From Botryllus schlosseri (lineage: Eukaryota): a stretch of 64,000 nt of DNA. The notes under the pieces are model-generated. The model saw only the letters and a list, made by a program, of their open reading frames with translations. It did not search any database and was not told the DNA's origin. Position 1 is the first letter of the stretch, and each line of letters opens with the position of its first letter. The translations under genes and the position numbers were made by a program. Below, piece by piece: positions 53,846 to 64,000 of this stretch. The stretch is from NCBI GenBank assembly GCA_051294905.1, contig CM119372.1, positions 3,288,001-3,352,000 of the forward strand, written 5' to 3'.

Positions 53846-54310
53846 ATGAAGTCTACATTCAAGAATCGTGGAGGCTCATACGAAGACGTCCCTCTGCCAA
53901 ACTGCTTCCCGCCACCTCCTAGCGCGCAGGAAAGCACGCCAATCTTGAGGCAAGAATCGCATGTTGCCAATAACGAGTCCTGCAGCAGAGAAAGCATCGG
54001 AGACCAAGCGATCCAAACCACCGAAAGCAAACTCCCAGCCGCTGACGAAGATGATGACGGACTCTATGATAAACTGAACGGACATTTGACCCAGGAAGCT
54101 GCCTACGCGAGTCGTAGCTCGCTTGATTCAGATCGATCAGAAAGCATTCCCATTCCGGCAGGAAAACCAGAAGCGACCATGTACGAAGACGTAAGTGAAG
54201 TACTCAAGGATGCAAGAGATTATAAATATACAAAAATCGTACCGAAAAAATCAGCGTCTGATAAAGACAATCCAGAGGAGGTTTTGTATGATCAAGTAAA
54301 CAGGGAGTGA
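53846..54310 (+). CDS. Duplicate of the terminal signalling exon of the 40060 gene
   Basis: Intact copy with identical acceptor; single amino-acid change (VNKE to VNRE). Confidence 0.6.
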   Translation: MKSTFKNRGGSYEDVPLPNCFPPPPSAQESTPILRQESHVANNESCSRESIGDQAIQTTESKLPAADEDDDGLYDKLNGHLTQEAAYASRSSLDSDRSESIPIPAGKPEATMYEDVSEVLKDARDYKYTKIVPKKSASDKDNPEEVLYDQVNRE

Positions 54311-57094
54311 ACCCCATTCTTCATGCCTTTATCTCTTGTGGACGTATATTGACTATTATTTTACGATGCAGTTCAATTGGGGGCAGGGAAGTAGGAATAA
54401 ATGAACGGTAGCCAATTGATAGTGGCGCAGTATGCGGAGAACAATACTACCGTGGTTGCGTATAGCTGTGTTGGCATTTCACAGCACTCGTTTTTCATGT
54501 ATTCCATCTCACTATCCGATTGTTATCAGCATTTGATTTTCATTACCAAACTTCGAAGTACGGTACATCGATATCTTCTTCGTGTTAATAAATGTTAATA
54601 AAAAGGTGGAGCCAAACATGGTCTCTACAGCAGTATATATGCCTACCCAATAAGCTGTGATACATCGGTGACGTCGGGTCAGGGGAGGCAAGTGAGGAAG
54701 TACTTCACCTGTCGTCAGGATGAGTGAACGAAAATTGTGAAACCGCCAATTGCTATTAGTATTTTCAATCGATGTTCCTGAATGACAAGATTCTGAACAT
54801 TTTTCTCCCAAAATCGCACAATTTGCACATTTATTGTTTGAAAATAAAGCGCGAAACGAGAGGTAAGGCACCGACGACGGGCCAGGCCTCGCCATTGATA
54901 ACGCCATTTATCGTAAATAGCTTAGAATTTATTGTAGCTGATATAAATCGAATGTAACTGTAAAGATTCCGAAAAGCTTCTCAACTCTCAAATTATGCGG
55001 CAGTGACATATAACGTTGCCCTTCACGCCTACATTTCATCGCCGGTACTACAGAGCTATTTACCAACCATGCAAGAACGTGGATAGTAGGGATGGTGTGA
55101 ACGTGCGGTTCACGTTCGCGTTTTGTGTGTGAACCTCGAAAATGTTGAGGTTCACGCTCACAAACGAACCTTGGTAGGTTCTAGGTTCGGCACTGTGAAC
55201 GTTATTCATAGATTACTATTTTTCACGTCATTATAACATCTTTGGTTGAAATTATTTGCATGTCAACTTCGCACCACTATGCATGGCGCTGGCAGCATTA
55301 AAAAAAATCAACACCAAACGGGCATGCATCTTGACAATCTCAAACTTTTACTTGCTTTGTTACAAACGTTTGCTCTAAATATCCAGCTTTCCGTTTGTGA
55401 ATATTTATTGACTCTCTGCTGTGAGCTTGACTCGCAATCACACAACACCAACAGCGAAATACACTACAAGTACGTAGTCAGCGAATGATGCTTATTCTAA
55501 CCAATCAATGAAATTCATATCGTAGTCTGATGTAAAATATCTAGCAAGCGTACGGGGTCAATCTTGATTTCATACGCTTATTGCATCATAAAAACCAAAT
55601 TCGTGCGATTGGAGTGTATTTACTACTGCTGTATAACTTGTTAGTGGGGTAATATAGGTAAGAAGTAGAGAAACCCGTTTTACACTTTTCTTAATATCAG
55701 CGTAGCAATACTCAGACGCCGAATACATCATATGGTCTGGCCTAGACCGTCAAGGCGTATAAGCTTATATTCCCTTGCAAGTCCTCGTCGAAATTCTTGG
55801 CAAAGCGACGATTTTAATGGGATTATTATATCATTTGATTGCCCCAGTTGATACATATGGCGGCATTTAAAACGACAGTATGTACTTCAGCATTGTTGCA
55901 TTATGTGGCCCGAGTAATCGCTTAGGTATCGTAGGCTATCACCTCACTGAAATGTTGGAATTAGCAATATGACGTCACGTGACGTCATGAGGTTCACGTT
56001 CGCGTTCACACTGAACCTTTCAAAACTGTTCGCGTTGACAAGAACCTGCACCTTTCAGAGTACATACCATCCCTAGTGGATAGCTATGACGTTATTTGTA
56101 ATTCGAGGTTGTAGCCTAATTAAGAATGCAACGTCAACTACAGTTCGCGCCGTAAATCAGGAAGATATGTGTATTTGAAAACTTCGTTATTGTCATATGG
56201 GCGTGGGCTTCGCTATGTCTGCTATTCTCTTTGACCAATCAACGTATCGTGCAATCCAAGATTCCAAGTCGGGTACATCAAATTCGCGAGTGATATTGGT
56301 CGCCGGCACGACAGTATATATTTATTTTGCCACGAGAATAATTAGTCTGGCCGTGCTGAAAATTTACCAACAAGTTGCTGCAATTTTGGTCAATTCAGTA
56401 CAAAAATAAATTTTTGGCAAAGAGCGATATCTTATACCCAAAATAGCCATATATGGCTTGATAGCCATAGGTTCCCGACCACTGCTGGTCTAGGCCCTAG
56501 AGCCAAGGGTTCCATGAACCAGTCTCAGAGTCCCGCAGAGGTCAAGACACACGCTCAACTCATACATATGATCCGTGATGATACGGCCGTTTTGCTCATA
56601 TCATGGGTTGCAGGTAATACTGACTCCCGATTGATAGTCGAATTGAGACTGTTGTGGTAGCACATCGTGCGCAGTGGCGTACACTGGGAGGTTGGGAATT
56701 TGAAATCGAAACCCAGTCCATCGGAAAACAATCTTATCTCAAGTATGGCTCATTTATAATTAAGCAATTGGTATCACGCTGTTGCGTTTTGACCGAAGAA
56801 TAACGGTCCCATTGTCGCAGGTGGGGGCTCGCATTTCTTAGCTTGTATCTGTGAGAGGGAAATGATTTGCAGTAAATGTTAATTATACTAATTTCGTTTT
56901 CAATGAAAATTTCATTTTAATGGTTTTGTTCTTTTAACACTCTGATGATGCACAGGTCATTTTGTGAAGCAGTGATCTATAGTTATGTATTAGATGTGTA
57001 TTGTGGTAAATTTTTGTTTTATGACTCTATGGGGGCTCCGCGAAGGCTTGCAGATTAGCGTAAGTGTTACTCGGGTTAGTAAAGGTTAGACTGT

Positions 57095-57425
57095 GATTAT
57101 TGTGCGAGTATCAACTCTCCTTATTCAGCACGCGACTGATAATATTGTGCAATGTGCAGCATGGAGCGATTGGACTTATTGTGTTGCGGACACTGCCGTT
57201 ATTGATCACGTAGTCACTCTCATTATTGTGCACGCAGCGAGTGACCTTATTGTTCAATCACTGTCATTATTGATCACGTATAACGACCATCCGCATTGTG
57301 CACGCGACCGTTTTATTGTGCAGTGCACGCATCGCCCTTATTGATTACGTGGCGACTCTGTTCATTGTGCACGCGAAGGATTTAATTGTACACGCGACAG
57401 GTCTTATTGTACATACGATTGTCCG
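57095..57425. repeat. Degenerate minisatellite with TTATTGTGCACGCGAC core
   Basis: Core ATTGTGCA/ATTGATCACG recurs roughly every 21-24 bp. Confidence 0.7.
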
Positions 57426-58090
57426 TATTTACACGGAGAAACTGCTTTTATTGAAGCGCATCTTCAGATCTAGGATCTACATCCATAATTGGATACGGAA
57501 TTTCAATGCATGAAACACTAAAATTTTGATGTTGGGAGGACTGTAGGAAAGAATAAATGAAATAGGAAAAAACATATTTGAAATCTAGTGCAGATTTGTA
57601 ATTTATGAGCGGACTGATGCTATTGTGACTGTCCGCAATATGCGCTGAATCGCACAAACCCTCCACTCATGAACAGATGATAAAACGACCGTAGGCTACT
57701 GCCCAGCACACTTTGAATTGGTTATTCGATGCTCATTCCACCAGATCAGTGCTCTCTAACCTGTGGGATTGTACGGAATGTACGCACTTGTGCGGATGAC
57801 AAACGCAGCGCGGATGAATATCGCGCATATAGTTCTGGCTTTTCTGACGTCGCATAATTCAGTTAACCTTTGATAGAAAATGTCACTACAGTGGCTTCCT
57901 AACGTTTGTCGTTTGTACATCTCCGAGGCCACCGTGTTGGGTACTATAGCGAATACGAAAGACACGCAGAAAAGTCGTTTCTTGGTCATGAAAATGTGCC
58001 GAACTTTGTACACGCAAATTCGCGAGCATTTACGGCAAGATTTGTCCGACATTGGTTTCTCCGGAAAACACCGTCGGGGACCGTTTAGAT

Positions 58091-59200
58091 CAGGGGTGGG
58101 CAAACTTTTGAGCTTGCGGGCCGCATTCAACATCTGAATCCATTCGCGGGCCGCACTATATAAAATTGGGTTTATAAACCAAAACGCAATATTGATATTT
58201 GATTGTATAGTGGGGACATGGAGATAATATATATGCTTATTTGAAACAAGCCAAACATTGCTTTGATGATATCGTACACGCGTCAGAAACATAGCGGCGA
58301 GATTTAATTGACTGGTTGACCTCAATAACCAATTTGTCAAAACTATAGAGATGAACGTCGGTTGGCCCGATTCTTAGAACATGATTGAAATTTGAATCTG
58401 TGAGCAGCGATCTGTTCATATATTTACTAATTCCACTTTTGGTTCAGTTCCAGGACACACAATGCTGACAGCATCATAACCATGTAAGCTTCAAACACGC
58501 TTCTACTATGTGTAGATAAAATATAAATACCCCCATTCTACGTATACGGACAACGAATCTACTTAAGACACGGCCGAATCATTTTTTATAAGCGCATCAC
58601 TGAAATAATTAAAAATGGAGTATCCAATCTGAAATCCCACTGGTGATTCAAATTAGGTCAATCTCGTTGCAGCTATCCCGCTGTGATATTAAGTATTTAC
58701 GTTAGATCAGTGGTTCTTAAACTTTTTAAGACACGCCTCCACCTTATGATGGTGAAAGATTTCGCTCCCCCTTATCGTCATATCACAAAATGCAACCAGG
58801 ATGCTAGCAAACCTAACGGGTAGTTTCATGGCATGGACGGTTACGACTGTGGATGAGAGATTTTTACATATGTAATTCAGACTAATTAAAGACCAATAAC
58901 CGTGAATTGGATGTAAACCGCGGGGAGCGCGAAACATTTTTTCAGTTGAGCTCTGCTTTGCGCCCCTCTTTCTGATGCTCTCAACCCCCAAGGTGGGCAC
59001 GCCCACCAGTTTGAGAACCACTATCTTAGATTATCATGGTGAAATATACTAAGAAAAATTTAATTAAGTCCCTGCACTAATTCGATTTTTAGTACGCATT
59101 TAATCAATATTAAAAAAAAGTTTCTATAGACTCTCGCGGGCCGCACAGAACAGTGTTGCGGGCCGCATGCAGCCCGCGGGCCGTAGTTTGCCCACCCCTG
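58091..59200. mobile_element. Buster-type element with nested MITE 58708-59023
   Basis: CAGGGGTGGGCAAACT...AGTTTGCCCACCCCTG; exact TSD GTTTAGAT. Confidence 0.92.
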
Positions 59201-60427
59201 GTTTAGATGATTTAGTGTAGGGGTGTGCCACGAGCGGTTGCGGGACTATGAGACACAGGTATTTCGAGGCCAACCCCTGCCTCGCCGGGACACATGAAAC
59301 ATGAGTTTTTTGCCCATATACGGCTGGTCAAGGTCCGGTGCCAAAAAGATCGGCGGCATGAAACTTTGGCTAAAAATGACAGTTGCTGGTTGGCCAAGAC
59401 TGTGTCCGGTCGTAGAAATGGACGCAACCGAATAGTTCCGTCCGTGCAATATGATTATTATACAGAAATAAAACTGTAGTACAAATGCAGCCGACAGAGC
59501 AAAATAACGCAATCCAATTTGAAATGGTGTACGTCGGACATATTTCATTGATCTGCGTTGCATGCAACTACTGTTATCTATGTCTTACATCCCCGTCAAA
59601 ACGGAGCATACTAATATTAAAAATGCATTCTTTTTGATGTGCTAGTCTTGTTACGGGAGCTTGCGGTTATCGAACTGCTACGAACGTTTAAGTTCGATTT
59701 AGCTAAAGAGCCGAACACACGGTATTGTGACTTTCTTTGCTATTCGCATTTCCTCGTGAGGGATAGTTTTTATAAAGACCTGGTCACCCAAGCACCCACC
59801 CCAACAACTATTTAACACAAAAGGGGATATTGTGCACTATGGTTGAAATCAGGCAACAAGGGAAGTTGTTTATTTAATGAGGCGCATATTAACCTAAACC
59901 GGTAATGCGGTTGGTGCTCTAAAAGACTGAAAAGCACTGCATCAGACGGTTTTAAAAATATCTTGACATTTCTAATTGGATGAAGTATGGGTAATGATTC
60001 GTAGTTATTGGCGAATGATACCGAATTATCACCAAGCTCACATATTTGCATCGTGTGATTATGTAGGCCACTGTATTTCTAATGCGTTTTGAATATTGTA
60101 GTTTTATTTCTTGATTGCGTGTCTCAACAACTGATCAATATTATATTGCATAAAACTTTTGTATAAAATGAATATATCAACTAGCATCATGACTATAGCA
60201 AGCCCATTTATAATAATCAATATATTAGTGTAGTTTCCAGGAAGGTGATATGAATAATCACGTAGTTAGCAATCGTGACTCAGACTTGGTATTTTTTGTT
60301 TAATTTTGCGCATGAAGGTAGAATGCTGACGTGTAGAAAAAATTTCAGCGGGTTATATAGTTGGAGATTGTCTGGCAATAATATATTGCAATACGAAGTC
60401 CTAAAGGCTGCGCTCTATCTAGATGGT

Positions 60428-60529
60428 ATGATGCTCCAACGCCTTATCTTGTTTATCATGCTCATGATGTGGACCCTGTATTCCGCCGACGCAATAAGAC
60501 CAAGCTCGAGACGAAGAAGGGCTGGATAA
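60428..60529 (+). CDS. Candidate secreted micropeptide precursor (33 aa)
   Basis: MMLQRLILFIMLMMWTLYSADA-IRPSSRRRRAG*: hydrophobic signal with A-x-A site; TATATAG at 60354; donor GTACGT at 60530, acceptor at 60845, AATAAA at 60967. Confidence 0.45.
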   Translation: MMLQRLILFIMLMMWTLYSADAIRPSSRRRRAG

Positions 60530-61728
60530 GTACGTCTTTGTGTTCCGTGCTTGGCTTCATCGTCTCTTTGATTTTGTGATTAGGATCTAGGAGTCTTTGC
60601 GGTAGTCTAGTCATATAGTGGTTCGCGTCGGGAAATTGGAATCATACAACCTTAGTTCAAATCCAACAAAGGATTAGGATCTGATTGCTCATGCTCACTA
60701 CATACAGTACTGACGTATTTGCGACATATACTGCCTGTTATGAGTTACAACAGTACATTCGAGTGCTCTGTAAAATTACGTTTGTATATACACTGTACAG
60801 GTACTCGCTGCGGCAGGTTTATCAATATATTCCTAATATTTTCAGATACCCATCTCACAGCACCGCATTTTCGTGATCACCAGGAAGACAAAGTGCCGAC
60901 TATACTTGAGAGGCCTACTTTTTATGAATGTGTACTACATCCATATCGCGTACAAAAAGCATCAGCAATAAATGTACAGAACTTTCGACTTCGGGACATT
61001 TTCAATAGTATTACAAATATTTTCGGAATACCGAGCTATAAGCACCAAGTTCAAATGTCGTACTTACGATCAGTGTTTCCCAGGTAGTCAGAAACCGCGT
61101 CCAATCTCTGTATAGTATCATCAACAGGCCGATGCGAGGGTTGTTATTATATTGTTATTCATGAGTCTCAAGTGGTATCTGTCGCAGATTCCGGCCCTGT
61201 GCGCCACGGACAAAATATGTTATCTAGGAACGGATTTTCATACCATAGGACATGGATATAAAATAATGCGAGGGTACATACTGTGAGGTAAGGTGAGGGG
61301 TGCATTGTACATATTTTCATAGGGATAAGACACAATCATAATTTATAGGGAACTTGAATTCAACACCAAGTAGAACTAATTATGATTACAATTTGCTATA
61401 GAGCAAGGGTAACTGCAGTCATTTTGCAATTCTTTCTTTATGATATGATGATGATTGGCGAAACTCGTGAAGTCCTGTTAAAAACCACTAAGCCTAATAA
61501 CCGGACTGTGATTGGTCGATATCCTTGAAAGAAATGTGACTTTGCTATTTGCTGCCTCGCTTATACTGCCAAGTGTCGCTTAATTGCACTGTCGGAATTT
61601 GCAAAAATTGTTTATAAGTATCCATAGCTTTGACGTGCAACTTATCTGAAAAGATTTGCAGGTTACTTTTTTAACATTTTTAACCTCAATTGGACTATCG
61701 CGGCATACGAAACATTATTGGAAATTAC

Positions 61729-62168
61729 CAGGGTTGCAATGACTCGTGTCACGATTTTCTGATGACTCGACCTGACTCGGGTCATTTTCTCAAAATACGG
61801 AAATGACCTGACTCGACTCGAGTGAATCTGTGGTGGGCAAAACCGACATTTCATTTTAATTTCGAAGAATAGTAAAGTAACGACACTATAGGTACTTCGT
61901 ACATTACTACGGGTACTTGAAAATGCGACCAGAAAATGCTAAAAATTAGGAAAATTAGTCTATCATAAATGTGAACCAGTCGATATCACCACACAGAGCT
62001 TTAAAAAGTGCGTTTAACAAGACTTTGACTTTAATGACTCGGACTTGGAGTCGAGTCATAATACCATGACTCGGACTCGATCCTCAACTAGCTGACTTGA
62101 CTCGAGTCAAACCTATAAAAGTGAGATTGACTTGTGACTCGGAGCCTTGTGACTTGGTTACCACCCTG
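61729..62168. mobile_element. hAT-type MITE with GACTC repeats
   Basis: CAGGGTTG...CCACCCTG; exact TSD GAAATTAC. Confidence 0.85.
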
Positions 62169-62546
62169 GAAATTACATATCTGTGAAGTCGTGAGAAACC
62201 GACAGCATTTTCACGAAGTACTATGAATTAGTCATGGTCCAAAAAACACCCAATGATCCTTAATATCGTGTAGAAAAGACAATTAATTCTGTGAATTTTC
62301 CTCATCATCTGCCATGCTACGAACGCGTCTTCCGTCATAATGAATGATACTCGAATACGATATTCGAATCGAAGCCAAATACACGATGCAGACCGATAGC
62401 ATTCAGGTATAGTAACATGATAATATCTTGGTAGCAAGTCACACCTTCTTTAGTGATAAGACTTAACACCAAATGGAGCAACAATTTCTATTTACATCGA
62501 ATCGAAAGTGTTGAAGGGACACTTGCCTAACTTTAGGTCTACCATA

Positions 62547-63765
62547 GTGGCGAGATAACGTAGTGGCTTAATACATAGCTGCAACACCAATGGATTGCGA
62601 GTTCGAGTCCGACCGAGGTCGATTCCAGAATTCCTGTCTTAGTGTTGTAGGCTTATCTAGGCTCCTCCCCGTCATTTCGTCCGCGTATGCGGTGTCTTAT
62701 AACCAGTGGTGAGATCAAGTCACTACCTTCGAGTCACGAGTCATCTCGAGTCATTGCACATTTTGACTCGAGTCAAGTCAAGTCAACCGTTTTTCAAAGG
62801 TGACTCGAGTCAAGTCGAGTCAAGTCAAGTCATGTCACGTGTCAAGTCACGATTCAAGTCACGATTCAAGTCAAATTGAACTTCCGAAGTATGAGTGATG
62901 ATGCAGAGTCATTACATTTTGCGAACTGGGAGAAGGACAGATTAATTGGCCATTTATCTTGAATAAAATAACGAATATAAAGTTAAATATACATGCAAAA
63001 AGGTGTTGTATCGCTCACGCACACGTAGAGATAATAAAACACGTGAGTAACTAGCTACATATGCCACAGTCTGTTGTTATCAGCCAATATAGAGGATCGA
63101 ATACGAAGCCTCGAGAAGTTGAACAAATTGATGTGGTACAATACGCTGCCCCTTTTACACATCCGTGAGAATATAAACGCATAAACTAAAATCGTTCGAT
63201 TTAAATCATACAAGAGTGTTGGTAAAGGTGATCACTGCGCATGCGCAATGTAAGCCCCATGAGCCGTACAAGAAACAAAGACACGTTACTATGACATTAA
63301 TCTACTGCTATACTACGACAACGTAAGCTGTGATCGTTTCATTTGCGGTCAATTTATTGGTTATGTAACAATGAAGGATCAGTGAAACGTACAATCGATG
63401 AATGACTGACGGTGGCTCTCCCAAATGACACCGACGTATCGCAAACAACCCAAACATACATAAGATGGGGTGATTTACTCGACATCGTTTACTTAATGAC
63501 TTGAAATTGACTCGTAAATTTTTGCTCCGAGTCACGAGTCAATCCACATTTTTGAAGTGTCGAGTCAAGTCAAGTCAAGTCATTTTTCCAAAGTGACTCG
63601 ACTCACGTTAAGTCATTCGAAAAAGTTGACTCGGGTCATCCTAACACTGCTTATAACAGCCTAGAAGCGGGCTTTACTACAAAGTCGGCAGCTACGGAAT
63701 AAAAATGAAAAATTGGCCTGGTGTAAATGATCATAGTACTCGACAAACACCATGAATACCTCGGA
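62547..63765 (+). mobile_element. tRNA-derived SINE split by a family B MITE (62704-63649)
   Basis: A-box TAACGTAGTGG, B-box AGTTCGAGTCC; MITE flanked by exact TSD CTTATAAC; SINE resumes at 63658. Confidence 0.88.
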
Positions 63766-64000
63766 ACAAAAGGTCTACTATATTTTCGAAACCGAAAAAG
63801 TAAGGCGAAAGTAGAACTGTTCGGCTTGAGTTTGATGATGTTTCACATTTCCTTGGTATATTGTTACTGGCAAAAGTTACAGAAAGAGACACAATAGCAA
63901 CAAATCAAATTTATATTTTACATTCAGCCCATGAATACTTTGCGGTTCCCTCAACTTTTGCTAGCAAGGACTGATCCTTTATAACGAGATCGTGAAATTG

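Larger units (their letters stand above)
47257..56535 (+). repeat. Tandem segmental duplication of ~4.64 kb (47257-51895 and 51896-56535)
   Basis: Sequence and ORFs recur at offset 4639; junction ...GAGTCCCG|AACGATCACAGC. Confidence 0.97.

Noticed and set aside
57756..58340. 194-aa ORF, the longest in the track
   Set aside because: Crosses a MITE boundary at 58091 and has no protein-like features; the same applies to ORFs 5666-6103, 4298-4732 and 49873-50268, which overlap repeats.
6793..60529. An allorecognition/immunity cluster (EGF-ZP + adaptor + peptide)
   Set aside because: Only co-location supports it; genes are 10-30 kb apart and no synteny or linkage data are available.
62547..62620. 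Functional tRNA gene
   Set aside because: A/B boxes present but no convincing cloverleaf, and it continues into a repeated SINE body.

Overview
This is eukaryotic, AT-rich, intron-containing animal DNA, not prokaryotic: there is no operon, rRNA or CRISPR array. An ascidian/tunicate-like origin is inferred from the EGF-ZP protein style, ~60-nt introns and hAT-MITE load. Most ORF-track entries are spurious or exon fragments. Joining GT-AG exons by hand with consistent phase gives four models: (1) a 9-exon minus-strand gene (6793-8976, 556 aa) with signal peptide, 4 EGF-like modules, ZP domain, furin site and TM helix, resembling an egg/vitelline-coat protein; (2) a 6-7-exon plus-strand orphan gene (24982-30235, ~183 aa) with a basic NLS-like C-terminus; (3) a 4-exon plus-strand type-I membrane protein (40060-49671, 304 aa) with tiny ectodomain, CxxC and a tyrosine-motif-rich tail, resembling a transmembrane adaptor, whose last exon lies in a 4.64-kb tandem duplication; (4) a possible secreted micropeptide gene at 60428. 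The rest is dense with non-autonomous hAT elements (many with exact 8-bp TSDs, often nested), two transposase remnants and a tRNA-derived SINE family. Gene models are manual and lack transcript support.
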